Below the pieces are notes generated by a model. That model ran no database searches, had not been told where the DNA came from, and worked only from the letters and a program-made list of their open reading frames with translations. DNA of 64,000 bases from Minisyncoccota bacterium (lineage in GTDB: Bacteria > Verrucomicrobiota > Verrucomicrobiia > Limisphaerales > UBA8199): positions 192,666 through 256,665 of the forward strand of contig DAOTCE010000004.1 of assembly GCA_035452965.1 (NCBI GenBank), in the 5' to 3' direction. How positions within the stretch are numbered: position 1 is the first letter of the stretch; each line of letters opens with the position of its first letter. A program made the position numbers and the translations under genes. Shown piece by piece: positions 37,201 through 48,300 of this stretch.

Positions 37201-40200
37201 CAGCCAGTTCCTCACCGCAGGGGGGCCGCCGGCGGTCGCCCTCAGTCTGAGTGGCAGCCCGATGGCGGAAGCGGCCGGCGTGGCGACCGTGACTGCGACG
37301 CTGTCAGAGATCAGCACGGATATGGTGACCGTGAACCTGGAGTTCTCGGGAACCGCAACCCTGACGGACGACTATACGCGCTCCGGCGCCAGCATCTCGA
37401 TACCCGCGGGGAGCCTAACCGGCTCCATCACGCTCACCGCGGTGCAGGACAGCATTTATGAGAACCCGGACGAGACCATTGTGGTGGACATCAGCACGGT
37501 GGTGAACGCAAAGGAGAACGGCACCCAGCAGGTGACGGCCACCATCGCCGGCGATGATCCGGTCCCGCCAGTAATCACCCTGTTGGACCAGAATTTCGAC
37601 TCCCTGGGTTCTGCCGGCACAACCATGCCGACCGGCTGGACCGCGGGCTATCTGGGCACCGCGAGCAGCCAGAACCGCTTGACCATGTCGCCCTACGCCG
37701 GAAACGGCCTGAACATAACCGCCTTGCCCCTGGTGGTGAGCGACGGCAGCGCCCTGCCCAGTCCCAACGTAGGGACGATCTTCAACATCGGCTCGGCGGG
37801 CAGTTCCGAGCGCGCCCTGGGCAGCTACCCCAGAACGACCCCCTCTGGCGACCATGTCCTGCAGGTTGCCATTGTGAACACCACGGGCGGTTCCCTGACC
37901 GCGATCAACGTGAGCTACGTGGGCGAGCAATGGCGCCAGTCCGAGGGCGCCTCAGAAAGCGGCCTCGAAATGCTGAGGTTCCTGGCCAGCACAACCTCTC
38001 CCACTGCCGGGTTTAGCTATTTCCCCGATCTCGATTTCACGGCCCCGAAGCAACTGGTGGCGGATTGGCCGGTTGGCGTTTTGGACGGCAATCTTGCGGC
38101 CAATCGCGCCGTCATCACCGGCACCATTACATTTGCGAGCCCGGTTCCGGCCGGTGGCACGTTCTATCTGCGCTGGCACGATTGGAATGACGACAGCACC
38201 TCCGACCACTTCCTGGCCATTGACGACCTCGTCGTCACCAGCATCTACATGGTGGGGCCCGCGGTGACGCTCAGTCTGTCGGGCAGCCCGATGGCGGAAG
38301 CCGGCGGCGTGGCGACAGTGACCGCGACGCTGTCGCAGGCGAGCACAAATGTTGTGAAGGTGAACCTGGCCTTTGCGGGGACCGCGACGCTGACGGATGA
38401 CTACACGCGCTCCGGCACCAGCATTTCGATACCGGCGGGAAGCTTAACGGGCTCAATCACGCTCACCGCGGTGCAGGACGGCGTTCACGAGACCCCGGAC
38501 GAGACCATTGTGGTGGACATCAGTTCGGTGGACAACGGAACGGAGATCGGCACCCAGCAGGTGACCGCCACTATCGCGGACGATGATGCGGCAGCGGCCG
38601 GTTTCACGGCCTACAACGATTGCTCGAAGGGGGACGGCACCAATCCCGCCAACACCACCGAGTACCCGGGCAACGGATCCTACTCGGGCCTGCTCAAGGA
38701 CTTCGACACGGGCGCGACGCTGCCGGTCACCCTCACCCTCGTCACCAACCGGATCACCTACGATGGCACCGGCGGTCCGATGCCCAACGCGGGCACCGAC
38801 GCCCACACCACGTTCAATGGCAAAGTCGTCTTCGACAATGTCATCTGGTACACCGCCACCAGCAACGGCTTCTGGATGGATGCGGTCTTTACCGGCCTGG
38901 ACCCGGCCAAGGAATACGAGTTCGCCACCTCGGCCAACCGGGGTGGATCCGGCTCGGACTACGCCAGCCGATACAGCAAGTTCACGATTACCGACATGGA
39001 CTCGGCCGAGAACGGCAGCACGCCGGGCGTCACGGTCAACTCGGACACGTCGGTGACCTTCTGCACCGGGATGAACACGGTCAACGGGTATGTGGCGCGC
39101 TGGACCAAGATCAAGTGCGGCAGCGACGGCGACTTCACCGTGCGGGTGGAAGACGGCGGGGGCGTGGGCAAGGGCTACGCGTTTGACGGCATCATGCTGC
39201 GGGAGACCGGCACAGCGGGTCCCCAGCAGCCGACGGTCGCCATCACGAGTCCCGTGAACAACGCAACCCTGAGCACCAACTTCACGATCACCGCCAGCGC
39301 CGCCGACAGCGACGGCACGGTCACCAATGTATACTTCTACAATGGCAGCACCTTGCTGGGCAGCGACAGCAGCAGTCCCTACACCTTCACCTGGAGCGCC
39401 GCGCCGCTGGGCGCCCATGCGCTGAAGGCCGTGGCTTGGGATAACACCGGCCTGGCGGGCACGTCCGCCGTGGTGAACATCACCGTCACGGCGCCCGGCA
39501 CGGTGGCCGCCGTGGAGACCTTCGACAGTTACGCCAACGGGTTAATCATCACCAATATCGGCGGGGGCGGCGTCTGGACCAGCGGCACGAACATCATCCT
39601 CAGCACTGGCGGCGTGAATGGGTCGGCCGGTATCAGCTTCGGCACCCGGGTGTTCAACTGGAAGGCGCAAACCTTCCAGTGGAGCGCGCTGCCGGATGGC
39701 ACCAAGGTGGCGGTCTCCCTGGACTTGCAGACCAGCGCCACCGGCAAGTTTGACGATGATCGCGCCGGGTGGACCATCACCCCGGACACCACCGGCAGCA
39801 CCGGCAGCCAGTTGGCGCTCCAACTGGATAACACCACCGAAGGGGGCATGGTGTTCTATCATAACAGCACCAGAACCCCCGTGCTCAATGCCCTGAGCGG
39901 CATCAAGAACAGCACCTGGTATCGCTTCAACGTCGAGTTCACCAAGCTGGGCCTTACCAATGCGAGCATCGTGGGCACGCTCACCGAACTCGACAGTTCA
40001 GGCAACCCGACCGGCACGCCGTACGTCGGCACGATTACCAACACCGGGACGTTTGCCAATCGTCCCAGCAGCGCGCTTTTCACGGCCACCCAGCAATGTC
40101 CGTCCTTCAAAAACCACAGCCCCGCCGCCGGCAATGCGGACAATGCTACCTTTACTATCACCCCGCCGGAGCCCGAGCCGCCGGCAACGCCGGAGTATGT

Positions 40201-42136
40201 CATCGTGATCAGCGTGGATGGCATGGGCTCGGCCTACGTCACGCCGCTCCTGACGCCGGGCCTGGCCAATGAATTGACGACCTTCAAGCGGTTCCAGACC
40301 GAAGGGTCCGGCACGCTTAATGCCCGGACGGATTACAACTACGCCATCACGCTTCCGAATCATGTGTGCATGATGACGTGCCGCGGCGTCAGCGGCGCTT
40401 CCGGGCATAACTGGACCGGCAACAGCGATCCGGCGCCCACCGCCACGCTGGCGAACAACAAGGGATCCTACGTTGCCAGCGGCTGGGACGTCGCCCACGA
40501 CAATGCACTGCGCACGGGCATTTGGTCAGGCAAATCGAAGTTCAGCCTGTTCCAGCAGTCGTACAGCGCCACCAGCGGCGCTCCGGACATCACGGGAGAT
40601 GACAACGGCCGGGACAAGATTGATTACGACAAGGTCGGCAACCTTTCGGCCGCGGCTTTGACGGACGATCTGATCAGCCAAATGACTGCCAACCCGTTCC
40701 ATTTCCTGTTGCTCCATTTCCACGAGCCGGATACGGCCGGCCACAGTTCGGGCTGGTCAACCAACCCCACGAGCGCCTACGCCGCGTCGTTGAAGGCTGT
40801 GGACACGCAAATCGCCAGGGTCATCGAAATGGTGGAAAACAGCCCCACGCTGCAAGGCAAGACCGCGATCATCGTGACCGCCGACCACGGTGGCCATGGC
40901 ACGACCCACGGCGATATGTCGAATCCTCTGGATTACACCATTCCGTTCTACGTCTGGGGCCCGGGCGTAACTGCGGGAGGCGACCTGTATGCCATGAATC
41001 CGGCCAGCCGCACTTCTCCGGGAACGTCCAATCCTCCCTACACGGGCGGCCAGCCAATTCGTAACGGCGATGCGGCCAATCTTGCGCTGAGCCTGCTGGG
41101 CTTGGAAGCGATTCCGGGGTCAACGATCAACAGCTCCCAGGACCTACTGGTCAACAGCACGCCGGTCATTATCACTGTCACTGCCAACAGTGGCCAGTCC
41201 AAGGTCTTCGGCGCGGCGGACCCGACGCTCACTTATATCTGCTCCGATCCGGAAGTCAGCTTCACCGGCGCCTTGGGCCGGGCGGCAGGCGAGAACGTCG
41301 GGAGCTATGCCATCAACCAGGGCAACCTGTCCCCCGTGGGTGGCTATGTGGTCAATTTTGTCTCCGCCGACTTCGCCATCACGGCCAAGCCGGTCACCGT
41401 CACCGCCAACAGCGGGCAGAGCAAAGTATTCGGGGCGCCTGACCCGGTGTTGACCTACACTTCCTCGGAACTTGGGGTCAGCTTTGCCGGCGCCCTGGGC
41501 CGTGCGGCGGGTGAGAACGCCGGCAGCTATGCCATCAATCAGGGCAGCCTGTCCGCTGGGGCCAACTATGCGATCACCTTTGTCCCCGCCAACTTCGCCA
41601 TCACGACCGCCTACTCGACCACGGCGATCAGTTCGTCGCTCAATCCGTCCCGCGTCGGATCGAACGTGACCTTCACCGTCACCGTCGGCCCGGTGGCCCC
41701 GGCCACCTCGACTCCCACTGGCACCGTGCAGTTCTTTGCCAACTCCGTCGCCTTGGGCAGCCCAGTCGCTCTCACGGGTGGCACGGCCACTCTTGACACG
41801 GCGCTGTTGCCGACGGGTGACAACGACATCATCGCCTTCTATCTGGGCGACGGGAACTACCTGGGCAGCACCGACGGCCTGGTGCAGGTGGTCACCGCCG
41901 CGGTGGAAACGCCAGTAGTGGTGAGCATCGTGCCCAACAGCGATGGCTCGGTAACCGTGACGTGTGCCGGCACGCCCGGGGCGGAATATCTCGTCCTGAG
42001 CTCGACCAACATCACCTCGCCCGCTTCGTGGGTGAATGTCTCCACCAATACCGCCGGCGTAGACGGCCAGTGGACTTACACGGACAACACCAAGTTGAAT
42101 TACACGCAGCGGTTCTTCCGAGCCGCCAAACCGTAA
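34298..42136 (+). CDS. giant secreted mosaic protein A (2612 aa): metallophosphoesterase + NPP-type phosphodiesterase + Calx-beta x2 + MBG x2 + Ig-like domains + unassigned modules U(x2), V, W
   Basis: Signal peptide. Metallophosphoesterase motifs LPDTQ, GLGDVV, GNHD and CGHNHG at about 36209-37042. Alkaline-phosphatase-superfamily motifs ISVDGMG, TLPNH, HFHEPDTAGHSSG and TADHGGHG at about 40190-41122. Calx-beta segments of the form TATLTDDYTR..ITLTAVQD. MBG segments of the form TVTANSGQSKVFG..GSYAINQG. Confidence 0.9.
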   Translation: MKRTFCSIGLTIAFVVASVATGLAAATIGNTTDGTSTDTLWYEGAYINACRFRAASNMTVVTMHAKVSAITGRYKCAIYSDSSSQPNRLLRATSEVTNPTTDGWKTFTLTAPQALTNGSYYWLAIWSDSSSAKAYYSSSTSGTLRWAQRNYGTWPDPIVTTGGSTSSYCIYAMGSVAPVAPTVAILSPANNGTVGTNFTITATATDSDGTVTNVSFYDGVTLLGSDTSSPYSYVWNNAPLGAHALRAVARDNSGLATTSAVVNVTITALNVVSFAETFDSYANGTVITNIGGGGFWTSGANTVVSGGGVNGSGGLGTSSLIFNWKAQTFQWSALDIGTRVAISLDLQTSGTGKFDDDRVGWTITPDASTSTGSQLALQLDNTTEGGMVLYHNLTRTPVLNALSGIKNSTWYRFKVEFTKLSATSAKIVGTLTELDASGNPDGTPYVGTVADTSMFANPPSTALFTSAQQCPTFKNHNPATGNADNATFTITQPGPQPPIVTITSPTANETVFTSFTINATATDDGSVTNVGFYADGILLGNDTTSSYSWTWNGAPVGNHTLTAVAVDDTGLSATSAVVNVIVSTNLAPNAPVVVTPADGAMGVATNATLTVSVSDPNGDPMSVLFYARSLNGTAPAPDFTIVALPDTQFYSESYPAIFQSEIDWIVNNHQERNIVYVTGLGDVVNVGTSDTQFRNATNALYRLENPVTTGLPEGIPYGVPVGNHDSPYTLFNNYFGVSHFSGRSYYGGSYTTGYQNHYDLFSAGGMDFIVLSLEYNAGANSAIMSWANGVLQANADRRAIVVTHSLLQAGYNWPTPAAWSTDGGTTIFPALANNPNVFLMLCGHNHGQGRRHEAVGDRFIDVLLSDYQSDVNGGNGFVRLMEFSPSNNVIRVTTYSPYTLGSKTDGDNQFTLEYAMASAPAPFVCIGTNMAVASGTQTSLAWPNLAPGTIYEWYAVASDATTSATSATSQFLTAGGPPAVALSLSGSPMAEAAGVATVTATLSEISTDMVTVNLEFSGTATLTDDYTRSGASISIPAGSLTGSITLTAVQDSIYENPDETIVVDISTVVNAKENGTQQVTATIAGDDPVPPVITLLDQNFDSLGSAGTTMPTGWTAGYLGTASSQNRLTMSPYAGNGLNITALPLVVSDGSALPSPNVGTIFNIGSAGSSERALGSYPRTTPSGDHVLQVAIVNTTGGSLTAINVSYVGEQWRQSEGASESGLEMLRFLASTTSPTAGFSYFPDLDFTAPKQLVADWPVGVLDGNLAANRAVITGTITFASPVPAGGTFYLRWHDWNDDSTSDHFLAIDDLVVTSIYMVGPAVTLSLSGSPMAEAGGVATVTATLSQASTNVVKVNLAFAGTATLTDDYTRSGTSISIPAGSLTGSITLTAVQDGVHETPDETIVVDISSVDNGTEIGTQQVTATIADDDAAAAGFTAYNDCSKGDGTNPANTTEYPGNGSYSGLLKDFDTGATLPVTLTLVTNRITYDGTGGPMPNAGTDAHTTFNGKVVFDNVIWYTATSNGFWMDAVFTGLDPAKEYEFATSANRGGSGSDYASRYSKFTITDMDSAENGSTPGVTVNSDTSVTFCTGMNTVNGYVARWTKIKCGSDGDFTVRVEDGGGVGKGYAFDGIMLRETGTAGPQQPTVAITSPVNNATLSTNFTITASAADSDGTVTNVYFYNGSTLLGSDSSSPYTFTWSAAPLGAHALKAVAWDNTGLAGTSAVVNITVTAPGTVAAVETFDSYANGLIITNIGGGGVWTSGTNIILSTGGVNGSAGISFGTRVFNWKAQTFQWSALPDGTKVAVSLDLQTSATGKFDDDRAGWTITPDTTGSTGSQLALQLDNTTEGGMVFYHNSTRTPVLNALSGIKNSTWYRFNVEFTKLGLTNASIVGTLTELDSSGNPTGTPYVGTITNTGTFANRPSSALFTATQQCPSFKNHSPAAGNADNATFTITPPEPEPPATPEYVIVISVDGMGSAYVTPLLTPGLANELTTFKRFQTEGSGTLNARTDYNYAITLPNHVCMMTCRGVSGASGHNWTGNSDPAPTATLANNKGSYVASGWDVAHDNALRTGIWSGKSKFSLFQQSYSATSGAPDITGDDNGRDKIDYDKVGNLSAAALTDDLISQMTANPFHFLLLHFHEPDTAGHSSGWSTNPTSAYAASLKAVDTQIARVIEMVENSPTLQGKTAIIVTADHGGHGTTHGDMSNPLDYTIPFYVWGPGVTAGGDLYAMNPASRTSPGTSNPPYTGGQPIRNGDAANLALSLLGLEAIPGSTINSSQDLLVNSTPVIITVTANSGQSKVFGAADPTLTYICSDPEVSFTGALGRAAGENVGSYAINQGNLSPVGGYVVNFVSADFAITAKPVTVTANSGQSKVFGAPDPVLTYTSSELGVSFAGALGRAAGENAGSYAINQGSLSAGANYAITFVPANFAITTAYSTTAISSSLNPSRVGSNVTFTVTVGPVAPATSTPTGTVQFFANSVALGSPVALTGGTATLDTALLPTGDNDIIAFYLGDGNYLGSTDGLVQVVTAAVETPVVVSIVPNSDGSVTVTCAGTPGAEYLVLSSTNITSPASWVNVSTNTAGVDGQWTYTDNTKLNYTQRFFRAAKP
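38600..39205 (+). repeat. 606-bp tract >99% identical to 48307-48912 (module W)
   Basis: Aligned by eye at offset 9707. I find 4 mismatches (38641, 38644, 39151, 39181), all synonymous. 38645-39150 is a perfect 506-nt run. Confidence 0.85.
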
Positions 42137-42151
42137 ACCGTTTGCCAAGCA

Positions 42152-42181
42152 CAGGGCAGGCCGGCAACCCGGCCTGCCCTG
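42152..42181 (+). terminator. 13-bp perfect GC-rich hairpin after gene A (no U-tract)
   Basis: cagggcaggccgg-caac-ccggcctgccctg, 16 nt after the stop. Confidence 0.35.
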
Positions 42182-42360
42182 CTGCCGCAATACAGAATAG
42201 CAATAGGGAAGAGGCTAGTGAAGATACGCTCATCGAGCGATACAATGCCTTGTGGAACGCCGGACGCGTGTCCACGGCCTTATTGGCACGCCACCACACT
42301 TCCCCCCCCGGCTATGCCGGGCGCAGTCAAACGTCGGTAGAACTCCTGGAACATAAATCT

Positions 42361-45300
42361 ATGAAAAGAACAACTCCTCTGTGCCTGATCACATTACTCT
42401 TCGTGCTGAGTGGCGCGCCTGGCGGCCTGGCGGCGACTGTCACGGAGACATTCGACAGCTACGCCAACGGGACGCTGATCACCGCGGTCGGCGGCAGCGG
42501 TGTCTGGACCATCGGCGCGAATACCGTGGTCAACCCTGGCGGCGTGAACGGAACGGCAGGTCTTGGCTATGGCAGTGCGATCTTCAATTGGAAAGGCCAG
42601 TCCTTCCAGTGGAGCGCGCTGGCGGTCGGCACCAAGGTGGCGATCTCCCTGGACTTCCAGTCGAGCACGACCGGCAAGTTTGACGACGATCGCGTCGGGT
42701 GGACCATCACCCCGGACGCCAGCACCAGCACGGGCAGCCAATTGGCCCTCCAACTGGACAACACGTCGGAGGGAGGCATGGTGTTTTATCACAACTCCAC
42801 GCGAACCCCTGTGCTCAACGCCCTGAGCGGCATCAAGAACAGCACCTGGTATCGCTTCAGCGTCGAATACACCAAACTCACCGCCACCAGCGCGACCATC
42901 GTGGGAACGCTGACCGAGCTGGATGCCTCCGGGAACCCGACCGGCACCCCGTATGTTGGCACCATTGCCGACACCAGCACCTTTGCCAATCCCCCCAGCA
43001 CGTCGCTCTTCACCTCCGCGCAGCAGTGCCCGTCCTACAAGAACCACAATGTCACGGCCGGCCGCGGCAATGTTGACAATGCCTCGATCACGATCACACC
43101 CCCTGGTCCGCAACCGGCAACAATCAGCATCACCAGCCCCGCCAATGACAGCACGATGACGGGTGAATGGCTGGCCATTGCGGCGACGGCCACGCCCTCC
43201 ACCGGCGCCTCCATCACAAACGTGGAATTCTATTCGGGCACCACCAAGATCGGCGAGGATGCCACAGAACCGTTCACGATGAACTGGTGCGGGGTTGCCC
43301 CGGCCGCGTATTCGTTGACGGCGGTCGTGCTGGACAACTCCGGCGCGAGCGTCACGTCCTCGGCGGTCAACGTAACGGTGAGCGCACCGGCCACCGCCGG
43401 GTCATTGCAGTTCGACGGAAGCAACGATTACGTCACGTTCGGCACCGCACCGGAGCTGGGCCTCTCCACGTTCACGATTGAGTGCTGGTTTAAACGCCAG
43501 GGCACCGGCCAGATCACCACCACCGGATCGGGCGGCGTCACCAACGCCGTGCCGTTGGTCACCAAAGGCCGCGGTGAAGCCGAGAACAGTAATGCGGACA
43601 TGAATTGGTTCCTCGGGATTTCGACCAGCGGCAATGTGATCGCGGCCGACTTTGAAGAGGGCGTCGGCGGGACCACGCCGGGGCTGAACCATCCCGTTTG
43701 GGGAAACACCCCGGTCATAAACAATGTCTGGTACCATGCCGCCGCCACCTACGACGGCGCAAGCTGGACGCTCTACCTGAACGGGAACGTGGAAACCAAC
43801 GTTGCGGTCAACCAGCCGCCCCGCTCGGACAGCATTCAGCATGCGGCGCTGGCCAGCGCCATGAACTCGACCGGAGCGGCGGCGGGCTACTTCCAAGGCC
43901 TGCTGGACGAGGTGCGCGTCTGGAACTATGCGCGCAGCGCCGCGGAGATTGGCGACAACTACCGCCTGCAAATCACCAATCAGAACGGGCTGGTCGCGCG
44001 CTGGGCGCTGAACGAGGCGGATGGCACCGTCGCCCGCGACGCAAATTGCGGCGGGCTCAACGGCGACCTCCGGAACGGCCCCGTGTGGTCCACCGACAGT
44101 TTCGACGCCAATAACCCGCCGATGGTCCTTCTCACCACTCCCGCCGCCGGAAGCGTGTTTGCCGTCGGTTCGAGCGTGACGCTGGACGCCACGGCGATGG
44201 ACGAAGGGTCGGTCGCCGAAGTGGCTTTCTACGTGGATGACGAGTTGGTCGGCAGCGACGACACCAGCCCTTATAGCGCGACCTGGCCCAGCGCGGAACT
44301 CGGGTTCCACGCCCTGACGGCGGTGGCACGGGATAATACCGGGTTGTGGGCCACGTCGGCCGTGGTGAACGTGAGCGTGGTGGCCGAACCGGGGTTTGGC
44401 GCGGTGTCCTTCGACGGGGCAAATGACCACATCGCCATGGGTGCGGCACCGGAGCTGGGCGCGAGCACCTTCACGCTGGAATGCTGGATGCGGATTGACG
44501 GCACGGGCGTTACGGCCAGCAGCGGCAATGGCGGAGTGAACGTCGCCCCGCTGATTGCCAAGGGGCGCGGCGAGGGCGATGCCAGCAATCTTGACTGCAA
44601 CTACATCTTCGGCGTGCAGTCGAACAACCGGCTGGCGGCGGACTTCGAGGACATGCAGAGCGGCCTCAACCACCCGATCGTTGGAACAGCGGCCCTGAGC
44701 GCCGGTGTCTGGCATCATTGTGCCGTCACCTATGACGGCAGTTGGTGGCGCATCTATGTTGACGGCGCGGCCGATGCGAGTCTGCAGGTCACAGGCGGCG
44801 GGAACGTCCAGGTGCCCCGTTACGACAGCATCCAGCACTTTGCCCTGGGCACGGCCATGACCTCCACCGGCGCGGCGGCGGGGTACTTCAAGGGGGTCAT
44901 GGACGAGGTGCGCGTCTGGAATTACGCGCGCACGCAGGCGGAGATCAGCAGCAGCATGTATAGTGAGATCGCGGAGGCAGCGGGGCTGATCGGACGTTGG
45001 AGCCTGAATGAGACGAACGGCACCACGGCCAGCAATACAGGATCGAGCGGGGTGAACGGCACGCTGGTCAACGGGGCGGTCTGGGCGACGGGCTATCCGC
45101 TGCAGCCGGCGGCGAACACGCCGCCGACGGTCGCGATCACCAGCCCGACCAACGGGGCGACGGTCTTCACCAGCTTCTCGATCAGCGCCACCGCCACGGA
45201 TTTCGGCGCGGTTAGCCAGGTGGACTTTTATGCCGACGACATCACCCTGCTGGGCAGTGATGCCAGCAGCCCTTACACCTTCGATTGGAGCGGCGCGCCG

Positions 45301-48300
45301 GAGGGCGCTCACACGCTGACGGCTGTTGCGTGGGACGACGAAGGGCTGTCCGCCACCTCGGCCGTGGTGAACATCACGGTCAGCACCAACCTGCCGCCCA
45401 GCGCGCCGGTCGTGGTGGCGCCGATCAACGGCGCTGTGGGTGTGGCGGCCGACGCCACGCTGACCGTCGCGGTCTCGGATCCCAACAACGACCCGATGAC
45501 GGTGGTGTTCTACGGCCGCCCGCTGGACGGCCCGGCTCCGGGCGCGGACTTCACGTTCGTGGCGCTGCCGGACACGCAGTTCTACATGTCGAGCCTGAAT
45601 GGCGGTTCGCCCGCGATTGCCACCAACCAGGTGGCCTGGGTGATCGCCAACCGCGTCAGCCGCAACATTCAATACCTGGCGCAGTTGGGCGATTGTGTGC
45701 AGAACGGCGAAAACGGCGGGAACGATGCCGAATGGCGCAACGCGACCAACGCGTTTTACCGGCTGGAAGATCCGCTGACCACGTTCCTCCCGGAGGGAGT
45801 TCCCTACGGTGTGGCGGTGGGCAATCACGATCAGACGCCCGCCTACGACCCCAACGGCACGACCACGTTCTATAACCAGTACTTCGGCATCAACCACTTC
45901 CAGGGGTACAGCTACTACGGCGGCCATTACGGCACGAACAACGACAATCACTACGACCTGTTTAGCGCCAGCGGCATGGACTTCATCGTCATTTACCTGG
46001 AGTATGATGCGGCCATGACGACGGCCTCGCCCGTGCTCGCCTGGGCCAACGGCGTGTTGGAGACTCACAGCAACCGCCGCGCAATCGTGGTCAGTCACTA
46101 TATCGTCAACCCCGGTTTCAACGCCACTTTCAGCGCGCAGGGGCAGGCGATATACAATGGGCTGAAAGGCAACACCAACTTGTTCCTTATGCTCTGCGGC
46201 CATGAAAGCCCCGAGGAAGGTCAACGCACGGACGTCTACCAGGGCCGCGCGGTGTGGTCCATCATGAGCGATTACCAAAGCCTCACTGCCGGCGGCAACG
46301 GCTGGATGCGGCTCTACGAGTTTTCGCCGTCCAACAACGTGATCCACGCAAAGACCTATTCGCCGTGGCTGGACCAGTATAAGACCGCTTCGAGCAATCA
46401 GTTCGACATTCCTTATGTGATGTCGGCCACGAACCCGTTTGTGGTCATTGGCACCAGCACAGGCGTGCCTTCGGGTGGTAACGCTTCGATCGTCTGGACC
46501 AACCTCGACCTGGAAACGGTTTATGAGTGGTATGCCGTGGCCAGCGATGCCAGCCTGTCCGTGTCGGGCGCGACCAGCCAGTTTACCACGCGCCCGCCCT
46601 TAAGGGTCACGCTCAGTCTGGCGGGCAGCCCGATGGCGGAAGCCGCCGGCGAGGCGACGGTGACCGCGACGCTGTCAGAGATCAGCGCAAATGAAGTAAC
46701 GGTGAACCTGGAGTTTTCGGGGACCGCGACGCTGACGGATGACTATACGCGCTCCGGGGCCAGCATCTCGATACCCGCGGGGAACTTAACCGGCTCGATC
46801 ACGCTCAAGGCGGTGCAGGACACTCTTTACGAGGTTCCGGCCGAGACCATAGTGGTGGATATCGGCACGGTGGACAACGCACTCGAGAACGGCACCCAGC
46901 AGGTGACGGCCACCATTACCGATGATGACCCGGTCCCACCGGACGTCACGCTCAGTCTGGCGGGCAGCCCGATGGCGGAAGCGGCCGGCGAGGCGACGGT
47001 GACCGCGACGCTGTCAGGGACCAGCCTGAATGCGGTGACGGTGAACCTGGAGTTTTCGGGGACCGCAACACTGACGGATGACTATACGCGCTCCGGCGCC
47101 AGCATCTCGATACCCGCGGGGAGCCTAACCGGCTCCATCACGCTCACCGCGGTGCAAGACGCCATTTACGAGAACCCGGACGAGACTATTGTGGTGGACA
47201 TCAGCACGGTGTTGAACGCCACCGAGAGTGGCGCCCAGCAGGTGACGGCCACCATTTCCGATGACGATCCGATCCCGCCAGTCATGACCCTGTTGGACCA
47301 AAATTTTGATGTCCTGGGTTCTGCCGGCACCACTATGCCGAACGATTGGACGGCCGGCTATCTGGGCGTCGTGAGCACCCAAAACCGTTTGACCATGTCA
47401 CCCTACGCCGGAAACGGCCTGAACCTAACCGCCTTGCCCTTGGTGGTGAGCGACGGCAGCGCTTTTCCCAATCCCAACGTAGGAACGATCTTCAACATCG
47501 GCTCGGCGGGCAGTTCCGAACGCGCCCTGGGCAGCTACCCCAGAACGACCCCCTCCGGCGACCATGTCCTGCAGGTTGCCATTGTGAATACCACGGGCGG
47601 TTCCCTGAGCTCGATCAACGTGAGCTACGTGGGCGAGCAATGGCGCCAGTCCGAGGGCGCCTCAGATAGCGGCCCTGAAATGCTGAGGTTCCTGGTCAGC
47701 ACAACCTCTCCCACGGACGGGTTTGCTTATTACTCCGATCTCAATTTCACGGCCCCGAAGCAACTGGTGGCGGATTGGCCGGTCGGCGGTTTGGACGGCA
47801 ATTTGGCGGCCAATCGCGCGGCCGTCGCCGGCACCATTACGTTTGCGAGCCCGGTTCCGCCGGGCGGCACCTTCTACCTGCGCTGGCACGATTGGAATGA
47901 CGACAGCACCTCCGACCACTACCTGGCCATTGACGACCTCATCGTGCGCAGCACTTACCTGTCGGGGCCCACGGTGACGCTTGATTTGGCGGGCAGCCCG
48001 ATGGCGGAAGACGGCGGCGTGGCGACAGTGACCGCGACGCTGTCGAAGACCAGCGCCTATGAGGTAGTGGTAAACCTGGCCTTTGCGGGGACCGCAACGC
48101 TGACGGATGACTACACGCGCTCCGGCGCCAGCATCTCGATACCGGCGGGGAGCTTAACGGGCTCGATCACGCTCACGGCTGTGGCGGACGCCGTCTACGA
48201 GAGCACGGCCGAGACCATTGTGGTGGACATCACTACGGTGGACAACGCAATCGAGAGCGGCACCCAGCAGGTGACGGCCACTATCACCGATGATCCGGCC

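Noticed and set aside
41962-42360. 5' extensions of the track ORFs: giant B from 41962, hrpB from 10064, Gfo/Idh/MocA to 34413, LtaS-like to 57754, GT4 to 63338, and hemA to 3431.
   Set aside because: The extensions overlap neighbouring genes or their terminators and read as low-complexity sequence. Internal starts give canonical N-termini (signal peptides, TAT motifs, a family-typical first strand).
43402-46347. Very long antisense or out-of-frame ORFs. Examples: 981 aa at 43402..46347 (-), 499 aa at 1974..3473 (+), 398 aa at 5501..6697 (-), 518 aa at 32698..34254 (+), and 381 aa at 34325..35470 (-).
   Set aside because: They are R/G/A/P/H-rich low-complexity translations. Each lies fully inside an opposite- or other-frame gene that has clear domain signatures. 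This is the expected artefact of high GC3 (few stop codons on the antisense strand).
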